A stretch of DNA of 64,000 nucleotides. Source: Octopus sinensis. Its lineage: Eukaryota. Under the pieces are notes generated by a model. That model was given only the letters and a program-made list of their open reading frames with translations, did no database searches and was not told the DNA's origin. The DNA is taken from the NCBI RefSeq assembly GCF_006345805.1, contig NW_021831864.1, forward strand, positions 1-64,000, read 5' to 3'. This document shows positions 41,032 through 53,457 of this stretch, piece after piece (positions within the stretch are counted from its first letter, which is position 1; each line of letters begins with the position of its first letter). The position numbers were made by a program, and so were the translations under genes.

Positions 41032-42486
41032 TGTTTTTCAACTGAGCATAAATAAGTATGCATTTCTGTAATCCTTAATTTATGTTTTCTTATAGTGGTT
41101 TAAAGAACATACATATCGTTAATATTCATAGCGTTTGATGCGTATATGTCTCTATGACGTTATAACTGTAGTTAGGGTTTTAGGTATAATGATAACACTT
41201 TAGTATAAGTGACGTTGAATCATTATATTCTCCCTTACTCAGAGAAAAGCCAAATAAAATAATATAACCTGAGAGAAAGCTTAAGGTTTAAAACAAAAAC
41301 TGCCATAGGAAAATTGGTGACCCCAACTAAAACAACCTATAGGAAAACCTATAGAAAAAAATATTTTTTAAATAAAAAAAAAATTATAAACACCGACAGA
41401 CTGGTGGAATATTTTAATAATATAATAAACATAAACTACAGAATTATTGCATAAATATTTTATTAACAAATAGTTAAAAGTAAGTTGAAACGAAAAGAAC
41501 GCTGAAGAAGAACGACTATAATTTCATTAACTAATTTCTCAATTCTAGCTAATACATTAACCAACAAATCAAAATAGACTTGTGATTAACTTAGACATGG
41601 CATGAAAATTACCGATGTCTCAAAAGAGTGAGTGTTGTGGAGTTCATTAATTTCCGTAAAATTGTTTTATTTATTTACAATTGTTTTAAAGTGAAATAGA
41701 GAACATGAAAGATGCATGAACGCATATATGAAATGGATGTGTGTGAGTGTGTGTGTGTATGAGAGAGAGAGAGAGAGTGCCACTTACACATACATGAGAA
41801 CAAACACTGACATTTTTCCCAAAATCCAGGGTTTTTATAACTGCTCAACATGACTAAAAAGAATCGAAATCCATGACAAATATTCTTTACGAAACTTTTA
41901 GAATCTTTATATGAGCAGTTATATTAACCAATGGAAAAAAACGAAAATAATAATTCTTCGGCAAAGACATTAAGTCATATTGCCAATTCGCGCCACATTT
42001 CAAAATGGCTAAAATGGTTATTGCTACATCTTTATTGAAAGATTGTCGCTCATCTGCTATTCATTGAAAATGAATACGATGATTACTTAATGCGCTTTAT
42101 ATACTTTATGCACAATTTTATAGACTTAATACACAGCACTCATAAAATAAATATTCACTCTTATTTTTCCATTTTCACCATTAACAGAAAAATTACATTT
42201 TAAAATTCTCATTGTCACAATTTCATATCTAGAAAACAAAAAAAATTATAGTAAAAACATTTATTTTATATGGAAAATATAGAGGTCACAACTTCACGGG
42301 GGTGAAAATTTAATGTAACTCTAGACTACCCGTGACCCGTAGGTCACCTGGAATCTGAGTTTCCCAGCAACGGATGTTTGTTTCATGTTTATTTTCTCTC
42401 TCTCTCTCTTTTCTAGGTTGTTTCGTATGCTTTCAACGAAAGTGACATCGAAATCAAGCGTAAACAGCTCGTTTCCCCGGAAAAGG

Positions 42487-42605
42487 AAAGATTTCGCTGC
42501 TATTTCTTGCACGCCCTGATACCTCATAACAGGTATTTTGAGTCTTTTATCGCAAATAGCTGCTACGTGGTATCAGGGCGTGCTAGAAATAGCAGCCAAA
42601 TCTTT
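42487..42605. repeat. Hairpin/palindromic MITE-like element (~52 bp arms, 15 nt loop)
   Basis: AAAGATTTCGCTGCTATTTCTTGCACGCCCTGATACC...GGTATCAGGGCGTGCTAGAAATAGCAGCCAAATCTTT. The arm motif recurs near 52650, 54473, 59635 and 61368. Confidence 0.8.
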
Positions 42606-43376
42606 AGAGCTGGGATACATTGACTGCATTCGAAAAAAATTTGTAATAGTATTCCCTTGGGGCAATCTTTCGCTTTGACTCTCAGAACTGTCATCCAGAT
42701 CAGCTGATTTTGTTCATTAATTTCTGTAAAATTGTTTTATTTATTTACAATTGTTTTAAAGTGAAATAGAGAAGAACATGAAAGATGTATGAACGCATAT
42801 ATGAAATGGACGTGTGTGAGTGTGTGTGTGTATGAGAGAGAGAGAGAGAGAGAGTGCCACTTACACATACATGAGAACACACACGTTCACTCACTCACCC
42901 TCGCTCATTCTCTTTCTCTCTCTCCCACACACCCACAAACACACATGCACACGTACATATAAAAAGGATGTACGCATATGTATTGATGTATGTACGTATA
43001 CATGACAAAACACCCCTTCACTTTCTCTCTTCCCCCCTCCACCATCTCTCCCTCTTCCACACACACACGTCCATTTCCTATACACGTACACACATCTTTC
43101 ACTTTCTTCTCTCATGTAAATAAATGTAAATAAATAAAAAAAAATTATGGAAATTAACAACCTGAAAATAATTAAAAATCCATTAAAATAGTGTTTGAAG
43201 AATGCTAAAATACAAATTCTTGCTGAACAAACAACTTATATTTTTGAAATGCCATTCAGTTAAAAATATTTCCAAATCATTAAAATATTGTGTACGTCAA
43301 AAGGTGAAAGTCTTTTTTTTTTTTTTTTTTGCTCAGAGTGCGCAAAGACTATGTGTATGTATATGTCACAGACAGT

Positions 43377-43757
43377 GGAGGCGCAATGGCTCAGTGGTTA
43401 AGGTAGCGGACTCGCGGTCGTAGGATCGAAGTTTTGATTCCCAGACCGGGCGTTGTGAGTGTTTATTGAGCAAAAACACCCACAGCTCCACGAGGCTCTG
43501 GTAGGGGATAGTGGCGAACCTTGTACTCTTTCACCACAGCTTTCTCTCACTCTCTCTTCCTGTTTCTGTTGTACCTGTATTTCTAAGGGCTACCCTTGTC
43601 ACGCTCTGTATCACGCTGAATCTTCCCCCGAGAACTACATTAAGGGTACACACATGTCTGTGGAGTGCTCAGCCACTTGCATGTTAATTTCCCGACCAGG
43701 CTGTTCCGATGATCGGATTAACTGGAACCCTCGTCATAGTAACCGACGGAGTGCCAC
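43377..43757 (+). mobile_element. tRNA-derived SINE (family D)
   Basis: Head GGAGGCGCAATGGCTCAGTGGTTAAGGTAGCGGACTCGCGGTCGTAGGATCGAAGTTTTGATTCCC with A and B boxes, followed by a ~300 bp non-tRNA body. Confidence 0.8.
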
Positions 43758-44046
43758 GATATGTCACAGATGGAGGCCGTGTGTTTGTGTTGATTGACAC
43801 CCCATCACATTCGTTATATGTGTATGTATTCTGTATGTATGTATGTGTGTTGATGTCACGGAAGCTATGCTTTTTCTTTTTTTCAAGAAATAGACAAAAA
43901 TAGTGTTTACTCCTTTTCATTAATAATGTCACAAATATTGTACTGTCGAAGCTAAGTATGAAAATAAATATGCAAGAAAAAAAAAGATTAAGATAAAATA
44001 TACTATTTCTGAGATATTTCGAGTACCAACAAACATCCATAGAATT

Positions 44047-44424
44047 TTAGTATTATTATGATGGCATACGCTGCAAACCACATCGTTGGTAACTTATAAG
44101 CCAATGCGATGGGTCAAAGCCAATACACATTTCAATTTGCATAAATCTTTTAATCCACTACTTCTTTGCAGATTATGTTCTTCGTGTAAGTTATCGCTCT
44201 TCTCTTCCCTTCTTTGTCAGTGTTGATAGCTTTAAGTCACGCATCGGATAATTTGCAAGCCCTTGAGAATGCAACATGTTGCTGAGCATGGCCGAATACA
44301 GGTTCAGGCAAGAACAGCCCCCACTCGATCAAATGTCTGCCCTTGTGATTTGTGGATAGCCACTGCATAAGACAGGCAAAGGGGAAATTGGTTTCTTTCG
44401 GAAGTGAATGGCAAGTTTGGGATG
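44047..44424 (-). mobile_element. Helitron 3' remnant with PIF1-like helicase C-terminus
   Basis: Manual translation QFPLCLSYAVAIHKSQGQTFDRVG/LFLPEPVFGHAQQHVAFSRA...YTKNIICKEV* (44150-44424, one frameshift and one internal stop) matches SF1 helicase motifs V-VI. A degenerate 3' terminus lies near 44047. Confidence 0.85.
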
Positions 44425-45548
44425 TGTTAAGTAATAGGTGATATTAAAAAAATTTAGTTCAATTCACAAAAAAATTATTTTTCTCCATCCACTCACCGTC
44501 GCCACCTCCACCACCAGCGAGCACCAACAACAGCAGCCGTCCAAGAATTTGGACCTGGAGATTTCTATTTCCAGCGACCTCGAGGGCCACCTCCCAATAG
44601 TGTCGAGCGTCAACGAAGAGCCCTCGACTACAACAAGATGACCAAAGATTTTTTTTCTAAGGTCTGGGATCTCCCGCCTTAAGCCCTAGACCATCACCTA
44701 ATCACCCTTAACCGTCTTGTTGCTTAACAACAACAACAACCAGAAACAGTAGCAGCACCACTTTCTCTCTCTCTCTCTCCCGCTGAGCCTTTCTTTAACT
44801 GTGTTCTAAGCTAAATATGTGACTGAAAACGTTGACAACCGATGTTTTTATTCATAAAAGATTCATTTGTCCAGTGGCTTAAATCCGTCAAGGTGAATTA
44901 CTCTTATGACAATGTGTATCAGTTATTTCCCCTGAATTGCAATACCTGCGATGATGAACTGTCAATGAGGCGGAGGTTACGGAAAACTGAAATAAGATGG
45001 TCAAAGAGGATTAATGATTTCTAATTTAGGAATAAGGCCAGCAATTATGCGTGTATTTATCCAATACAATTGAATAAATAGACATACTTGAATGTTTACT
45101 GGCTGATGTCTGTCAATTGTATATCCTCTCCGTTTTCTTATTTGCTGTATAAATCATGGGTAAATCACTTTTTTACCTCCGCCCATATATAATACTCAAT
45201 TGCAAGTGCAATAACTAGCACTTGGCTATGAATAATTGGGTACTCTACAAGCAGTATATTGGATAGGTACTATCCCTTAGTTGGTTTGTCAACTTCTAAT
45301 AGCTCACGAAGACATTATTATAGTATGTAAGATCTGTTGAAGATTATTGTTAATACAATAATATTGTTGTTACTGATAAGCATAGACGTGTTTATATGTT
45401 CTAATGTATTTATATACGTATATGACGTATGGTATATCCACTGGAATATATTGTTTAATTGTGTTCATTAATGTATTTTGCGCATGTGAATACTATATAT
45501 GCTTTGCTTATGTATGTATATTTGTATTTGTATATATATATATATATA

Positions 45549-46360
45549 TCATCATCATCGTTTAACGTCCGTTTTCCGCGCTAGCACGGGTTGGACGGTT
45601 CGACCGGGGTCTGGGAAGCCAGGGACTGCACCAGGCTCCAGTCTGATCTGGCAGAGTTTCTACAGCTGGATGCCCTTCCTAACGCCAACCACTCCGCGAG
45701 TGTAGTGGGTGCTTTTTACGTGCCACCTGCACAGGTGCCAGGGGGGTCCGGCATCGGCCACAATCGGTTGGAGCTTTTAACGTGCCACCGGCACGGAAGC
45801 CAGCTAAGGCGGCGCTGGCAACGGCCACGTTCGGATGGTGCTTTTTATGTGCCACCGGCACAGAAGCCAGTCGGGGTGGCGCTGGCATCGGCCACGTTTG
45901 GATGGTGCTTTTTATGTGCCACTGGCACAGGAGCCAGTCGGGGCGGCGCTGGCATCGGCCACGTTCGGATGGTGCTTTTTATGTGCCACCGGCACAGAAG
46001 CCGGTCGGGGCGTCGCTGGCATCGGCCACGTTCGGATGGTGCTTTTTATGTGCCACCGGCACAGAAGCCAGTCGGGGCAGCGCTGGCATCGACCACGTTC
46101 AGATGGTGCTTTTTATGTGCCACCGGCACAGGAGCCAGTAGGGGCGGCGCTGGCTGGCGTCAGCCACGTTCAGATGGTGCTTTTTATGTGCCACTGGCAC
46201 AGAAGCCAGTCGGGGCGGCGCTGGCATCAGCCACATTCGGATGGTGCTTTTTATGTGCCAGCGGCACAGGTATCACAACTACTATTTCCATTGATATTTA
46301 TATTTATTTCGATGTTCATGTTCATGTACTTGACTCAACAGGTCTCCTCAAGCACAGCGA
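45549..46360 (-). mobile_element. Family C retroposon with internal 67-bp GC-rich minisatellite
   Basis: Unit starts at 45824, 45891, 45958, 46025, 46092, 46163 and 46230; CAT repeats of the tail lie at the left end. Confidence 0.9.
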
Positions 46361-46379
46361 GACGTTCCGGGTTCCAGGG

Positions 46380-46427
<48 letters not shown>

Positions 46428-46576
46428 AGTAACAACAATTAAGATTCAAGTGAATTCCAATGAGTTCAAATGAATGCGGTACTTAACTTAGATGCACCAG
46501 AAATCTATATGGTATTAACCATAAAATAATGTGGGGTGATTATAAACAAGAAAAAAGCAACAAGACTGGATTAGTT

Positions 46577-46668
46577 GTTCAGTACAATTGTTTCATACGA
46601 AGAACAGCTTTATTAAAAGCTGCAAATATTGCAGCAAATACAAGTGTCCTGTATTCATCAGCCAAAAC
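46577..46668 (-). ncRNA. Type I hammerhead ribozyme motif with fully canonical core
   Basis: Minus strand reads gttttgg-CTGATGA-ATAC-(52 nt structured insert)-GTAT-GAAA-CAATTG-T-A-ctgaac: palindromic stem III ACAATTGT, GUA triplet, stem I with G-U pairs. It lies in a TA-flanked ~540 bp element (46425-46968). Confidence 0.7.
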
Positions 46669-47133
46669 ACATATGAGTTTTCCAAACATCCTAGGGGTGA
46701 GGCTACACTCATGAAGTATCGAAGAGAGTTCAATAAAAAGCAAAGTTAGATTGTAAGCAGACTTCACAAGTTCTCTAAAGATGCACAGTTTTATAAAAGG
46801 TTTTTAGTTTCACAGAAAAGGTAAATCCATCCATAATAATGCAGGTGTAATTTCCGGAGATATTAGGAGATATTTCATACTCAGAGACGATGAATTTATC
46901 CATAATAATGTAGATGTAATTTCCTGATATATGAGAAGATGCTGATCACACTTCTGTTCATTTCACATACATATATGTAAGGATGTATGTATATGTATAT
47001 ATATATGTATGTATGTATATGTATATATGTATATTTTGATATTTGTTTATTGTTTATTTTAATATATTAAGTAATATGTGTATCATGTTTAGTATATTAA
47101 TATTAATATTAATATTTTTAAAGTTCATTATAA

Positions 47134-47266
47134 CCTCTGACGAGGCCTATGGTTTTTTAATATATAAGTATTATATTTTTTAAATGCCTACAACTTTAGT
47201 ATGTTGAAATCTATAGGCAATGAAAATTAGATTCACTTTTGACCATAGGTAAAAAGAGCTGTAAGA
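47134..47266 (+). ncRNA. Degenerate hammerhead motif with long stem II
   Basis: cct-CTGACGA-GGCCTATGGT...ACCATAGGT-aAAAA-GAGCTG-T-A-aga: G12 is lost and stem III AGAGCTGT is one change from the palindrome ACAGCTGT. It lies in a TA-flanked element at about 47030-47640. Confidence 0.5.
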
Positions 47267-47689
47267 AGCAGTTTATGGATTTCATTAATTTATACTATGA
47301 CTTTTAAAATCTTTATTTGTATTACTATCTTATCTATTGATTTATATAATATTTTTGTATGCTTTTGATGTTCTCATTTGTAAAATGAATAAATAATCCA
47401 ACATTATAATATCCGTAAGTTGATGAACAAACCAAATTGTTTCTCCATTTTCTTATTTGTATTATAAATTTACGGTAAAAATATTTCTCTACCTTCACCC
47501 GTTTAATACAATAAATGAGTTAATTGCTTTGCAATTAAAAACATTTATGTATTAAGAATTTGGGTACTTTACCAACAGTATATTGGATAAATGATATCCC
47601 ATAGTGGGTTACACCCATAACCCCTATCTTACTTTGTACTATATATATATGCGTGTGTGTGTGCGCACGCGCGTATCTCCGTCCGTCCC

Positions 47690-47876
47690 TCGCTATTGCT
47701 TGGTGCGTCTTTATCCCCGCAACCTAGCGTTCAGCAAAAAGAAAAAAAAAACGAGAGAATAAGTACTAGGCTTACAAAGAATAAGTTCTGGTGTCAATTT
47801 CTTCAACTTTAAAAACCCTTCAAGGCGGTGCTCCAGCATGGCCGCAGTCAAATTACTGAAACAAGTAAAAGAATAC
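47690..47876 (+). mobile_element. SINE family A, 3' half
   Basis: AGAATAAGTACTAGGCTTACAAAGAATAAG...GCGGTGCTCCAGCATGGCCGCAGTCAAAT is the reverse complement of part of 279-390. Confidence 0.85.
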
Positions 47877-48148
47877 ATACTGACACATATCGCATATATC
47901 TACTAAATGAACTTTGAACTGAAAAAAGATATCGTTATGTGTCTCATTGTGTGCTGTTGTGAGCACTCACCTACTTTCTTATTCATATCAATTCTCATAT
48001 AATCGTCAACTACGTCATTTGTAGAAAATTTCTTAAAATATCCATTTTTCTGAAAGTTATGAGGAAACAAACCTGTTGATAGGGTGCACATTTAAGTAGG
48101 TAAGACTCTGTGTATACCCACAGAAGGTTTGTGGGTGGGGGGAAACAT

Positions 48149-48497
48149 GCCAATCAGTGGCCACCACTGGGGAAAACCAGGTAAGTTTTACTGAGGTCAT
48201 TGACAAAAATGAAAGTGAAATCTTCCCTAACCTACTTTCATTGTGTATTTCCTATTAAAACAATTTATTTCTCTCTTTATCAGCCACTTCCTTTTTTATA
48301 TTTCGTCTGTTGCAAATAATAATAAACTGTTATCACAAAGTTCTCATGAAAGCAAATCATGAAAAAGAGGACAAAGGGAAGTGATTTTCTCGGAAAAACA
48401 TTGATATCATACAAAATTGTAAAACCAATCAACGACTTAAAAACCATCAGATAAATATTCAAGTTTCAATTTTGCTCTGAGCTGTTACGAGGTAAGT
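48149..48497 (+). promoter_or_regulatory. Candidate promoter and non-coding first exon(s) with ISRE, GAS, ETS and CCAAT motifs
   Basis: CCAATCA at 48150 and 48425; GAAAGTGAAA at 48211-48220; CACTTCCT at 48285; GGAAGTG at 48377; TTCTCGGAA at 48387-48395; AGTTTCAATTT at 48462; donors CAG|GTAAGT (48180/1) and GAG|GTAAGT (48491/2). Confidence 0.45.
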
Positions 48498-48904
48498 TTG
48501 CGCTTTACAACTTCCTAATTTAATTTCTGTAAACCCATTTTTCGATTGCTTTACATATTCTTCACAAAGTCACTTTCAATACTTTTCACTACATCATAAC
48601 CACACAACTTTGCCCCATGACTTTATTTTCTCATAACTTTGAGAAAAATTAATGTTTTTTCTTTTTTTTTTTTTTTCGTGAAATGTTCTGCAAATACCTT
48701 TCAGATGCAGGGTTGTATTTAAACCATAGGGGGCACGAGGCACTTCAAGATCGATGGGCCCCTCATAACAAGAATTAAAATCTTAGAAAATTGCCAAATT
48801 TAAATCTCAAAACCCATCTCCTTCAAATAATTGAATTTGATGATTTAGGAGAGAAAGTTTAAACAAATGACCGAAAATGTCGCTTTATAGATACACTTTT
48901 TCAT

Positions 48905-49377
48905 ACTGGTCGTTTCGCGCATCATATAGAGTTGAACTTGATACTCAAGAGGAACTTGGCCCGGGAAAACATCCCATACATCTTAGAACCATCTGGATTG
49001 TCCAGATGTGACGAGAGGAGATCTGACAGCCTCACTCTATGCCCCTGGTCCGTTGTCTGGGATGTCACAGTTAGCGACTCCTTTGCTTCTTCTCACATCT
49101 TGGATGCTGCGGTCAGGGCGAGATCCACAGCTTCTGCGACCGAGCGGAACAAAATCCTGAAATACTGCGATCTGTCGGCCAACTACATTTTCCATCGTGT
49201 GGCGTTCAAGACGTCTAGTGGAGTCGGGCCACTGCGAGATTCCTGTCTTCACTGGCAACTCACCTGGCAGAGGTAACTGGTGAGGCTCATGAGGGCGCTT
49301 GGCTGTTCCAGCGTAGCAGCTTCGCCATCATCTGCGGCAACGCTGCAAGTGTACTGGTGTGTCTCAATAACCAGTAG
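48905..49377 (+). mobile_element. CRE-clade non-LTR retrotransposon RLE-domain remnant
   Basis: GRFAHHIELN...LEPSGLSRCDERRSDSLTLCPW..VWDVTVSDSFA...ERNKILKY..L and, after a frameshift, WLFQRSSFAIICGNAASV. This is a decayed RPDG/WD/K..KY/RGNA motif series. Confidence 0.8.
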
Positions 49378-50563
49378 AAAGGTTTCCCAGCGCCCTCAAC
49401 TTTTCAACCCAAGGTGGTAAATTGTTTTGTTCTTTTGTTTTTTTTCTTTTTTCTCTTTCTTTCTTTTTTCTTTTTTCTCTTTCTTTCTTTTTTCTTTTTA
49501 ATTTTTTTCAATTGTATTCTGTTTTGTTCAGTTTTCTAGTTTAATTTTGTAAAACGGTAAACACTGTGAAGGCAATAAAAATTATAACTTGCAATTTAAA
49601 AAACAAACTTCAAGTTTCGTTTTTCACACATCCACTTGCGGTAGGGAAGAGTGGGGTAAGGTTTTTTTTTTCTTTTAATGTGAGTTACATATGTCTCAGA
49701 GTGTAGAAGATAAAATGACAGAAATCATTTTTGTCATTGTTGCTGTTCCAAAGACAGGATGAGAGTGAGAGAGAGAGAGAGAGATACAGAGAAAGAGAGA
49801 GAGAGAGACAGACAGACAAAGAGAAAGAGAGAGCGGGGTAGAGATACCAACATTTCAAAGACGTGGATTTAAAAAATTCTTTTTTTAAAACAGCTTCCCT
49901 TCATTGTTTTGTAATGTGTTAAAAAAAAAAAGAAAGAAAGTGGGGCACACCCCAATAAAAACAGGAAAATTCAAACAGCTATTTCCAAAAGTCTGCTTTT
50001 CCAGTTTCCATTAAGAGTAGGTGGGGTACAATGAGTAACATTTACTGCATTTTTGACTTTGAAGAAAATATATTTTTTTTAAATATTCACTACCTTACCA
50101 AAACTCTATCAACGGAGTAAAGACCTTCTCTAAACTCAGTAAAACCTATGATATATTCAGAATAATATTTCAGAAAATTATCACTGTTTTCTTTCGGCAT
50201 ATAAAAGACAAATATAGGCGGGGCAAAATGGGTAAGACAAGACTAAGTGAATATGCTTTTCTATTTCCCCAGAATTAAATTTGCAAAAAGAGTCATACAC
50301 ATAAACATCCGTCCTTAGACATCAGAAAGATCAGATATGCAACAAAACCTTAAATATCTTGGTCAAATGAAAGAGGATTTTGGAAAAATAGCACATAATA
50401 TGAAATTAATGAAACTCAACATAAAATATTCTTTATAGCTTCTTTGCCAAAGATTATCCACATATTTTATTTGTTACCTCATTTACAATTGGGTCAAGTT
50501 TGAGGAAAAATTCCTTCAAAATAATATCTATTACCTACGTTTCAAACTCTCAGCTACGCAAAC

Positions 50564-52530
50564 CAGGTGTATTCAACCATTTTTTTTTTTTACCTGAGAA
50601 CCCCTTTGATTCCTATTTTACTCCTTGGGACCCTCCCCCATACCCATTCGATGTTTAAAAAAGTCAAATTAGGACTTGTATAAAAGTCGTTAAAATATCT
50701 TGTGTACTGTGGACCTATAACCAATTTCTTAACAACTAAATTCTACGGAAAATGAATGCTCCCAAGTAAAATAAATATACAGGTATATATTTATTTACAT
50801 AAGGTAGTACCTTTGTGTTAATTTCTTTAATGCAAGTCTGGTGGTTGGTGCTGCTTTGCTAGTTTTAAATTGTTCTGCTCTTGAAGATCACCTTTTTCTA
50901 CAATGTCGATTCAATTATGAGCTGTTCACAGTAAATTAGCGACATGGCTGAAACCAGATTCAACAAGGTAAGATAAAGGAAAAGCAGTAAAGTACAACTG
51001 CACTCCCCCACCAGAATAATGGATACTTTGTAGCAGTGTCATTTTTTTTACCATACATTACGTTCTCCATCTTTAAATCTTGCTTGAAATATTTCATCGT
51101 TCTGCAATTCAATGAGATTCTCCTGCAAACAGATATCTACACCAGCAACATGAAATGTCACCCAACACGGTATATTTAACTGCAGCAGGTCATTAAACTG
51201 ACCTTGCATATCATTATGCAAGTTTTTCAAATGTTCAGTAAACATGGTCGTCCTTGTGCAGATTACTGTTAATTGATTCCAAACAGGGAAATTCTAATAA
51301 TACACAGCATACAATATTTATTTCCTAGAGCTGTACTTTCCCCAGAAAAGCAGCAATCGCTCCTTTGGAGGATATGAGGTCAAAGTCTTCTTGAAGCTGT
51401 TTGTCAGATATATTTTATCAAATTTTTCTGATAAATAAAATATATCGCATTTAGCTGCAACCATTCGTGGAGTGAAAGTGCAGTTGTACTTTTAGCTGGA
51501 ATCATTTGTTGGCTGCGATTGTTGTTAGCCAGGAATGAGACAATAATATACCAAAGTACAAAAAAAAATGACGCAGACAGTTTGATAACCATATCATGTT
51601 CGTGTGAATTACAAAGCATTCAATTTCTCCATTTTGATTACAGAATTCATGAAATATGTGATCTTGTAAATGATATTACAATATTAAGGGGATCGTGCAG
51701 ATGTGCTCTTGATTGTTTCACAAGTAGGTGTTACTGGTGTTATCACACAGTGTATAGAAAATACCATTTATTCAACAGGCAACAAAATCTCTGTATCTGC
51801 CAATCATGGGCGGAACACAGTCATTAGCACAAACTCTCACATTTCCCAGGGGAATATTATGTTCCTCGAAATAAGTTATAGTGCCTTTGAAAATTTGTTT
51901 TGCCTTTAGTATCTGTTTTAAGATGTCTGGTAAAATGAATTTCCTCTCTGAATTCATTACACCCCACCACCACCACCACCAAAAAAAAAACGATTATATG
52001 CCAATACTATAGCTTTACTGTCTCTCAGGGTAGATTCATCAGGTTGAAGAAGAAATTTCTTTACTTGCAGTTTGGCTACAGGTTGCTTCTCTCCATCTTA
52101 GCCATTTCATTGACGCACAGTGACACTGATGAGTTGCTTAAAGGAATCTTACAAGTAATCTCAGTAGCATTTTGTTTCATAAATGATGACACTATGACAG
52201 ATACCGCTGGCAAAATTAGTTTCACCAATATTATGGGGTTTCCCAATCTTTGCTATCATTTTAGAAATTTCATAGGATTCCAGTCAACCATTATGATTTT
52301 GTCACTTATTCTCCATTTTCCTTGCTTGGAATTCATTGTGCAGTTTTCTAAAATATTCTACTGGATTGTTTTAGTTGTCTTTGAACTTGGTCTCTGAAGG
52401 AATTCTGAGCTGGCTTGGCTGAGACATTGTTTTCCCTTCATTCTGTGCTGATAGAATACAGCCACAAGACAGATATTCAATGGAATACGGTCGACATTTC
52501 CTCTTAGTCGGAGGAGCAGAATTTTTATTA
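50564..52530 (-). mobile_element. Decayed hAT (Buster/Charlie-type) DNA transposon
   Basis: Minus-strand fragments TKRKCRPYSIEY, PDESTLR, NIPLGNVRVCAND, HLKNLHNDMQGQFNDL and AFPLSYLVESGFSHV; TIR-like CAGGTGTATTCAACC at 50564. Confidence 0.85.
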
Positions 52531-53457
52531 AAGCACCCCGTATAACCCCTCGTAACTTTACTATTTTTTAAAATTTTCAGAAAATTTTTCTTCTACACAT
52601 GGAAATTCAAAAGATTAGGCAAATAGAATTTTTGTATGGGATTTAGGCAATTTAGCTGTTGTTTTTAGCACATCACACAGCCACCTGATTTCTTCTTCAT
52701 TTCTTTGTTACTATAGTGTATTGATATTCTTCAAGAATGGTCCACTGCTGGAATTTAAGCAAAACGTTCTGAGTTTCTGTATTTTAAACTCTGATTTTTA
52801 AAAAAAAAATTGGAAAGAAGTAGGAAATTTTTAGGATTTATGTGGTTTAAAATAAGAATTATTTTTTTTTCCCTTTTTTTTTTGCAATAAGTATATGAAT
52901 TCCAGTGCATAGAACACAAATTCACAAAACTTTTCCAAAAAATAAAAACCACAAGCACCTGCTACCTTCATTTCTACTTTCTGTTGTATTTTCTTTTAAA
53001 TCGGAATTTTAAAATATAGATAGTCCGAATTTTTGACTCAAATCCACCCTTGGGTGCATCATCATTCCACTAAACGTGTTTATGGGGAGAAAAATATTGC
53101 AAAATATTAATACATGCCAGTGACAAAGAGACAAAGAATGTATCAGCTAAATCAACCTTAAATCACACACAATTTTTTTCATAATCATTTGAATTCTCAT
53201 GTGTAGAAGACAAAACATAGAAAGAAGTTATATGCAATATTATATTTATCAGTAATGGATTAGAAGTTCCTTTTCTTAGAACGTATGATAAAATACCAGT
53301 TATAGAAGATATGGAAAAGTTCTTACCTCTGTCCTAAAAAACTGACTAACTCAGAGATCAGTCTTGCGAAAATACGTTGAAATCAACTTGTTGCTAAGAA
53401 CTGAGATATTATTTCTTTTGTCTGTCTGTCTGTCTGTCTCTCTCTCTGTCTCTCTCT

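Noticed and set aside
43377-43450. tRNA gene
   Set aside because: The acceptor and T stems are not intact and the sequence continues into a SINE body, so it is treated as a SINE head.
45591-46428. GC-rich 263/197-aa ORFs and a CRISPR-like repeat array
   Set aside because: These are 67-bp near-identical tandem units inside a dispersed retroposon. There are no unique spacers and no cas genes, and the context is eukaryotic.
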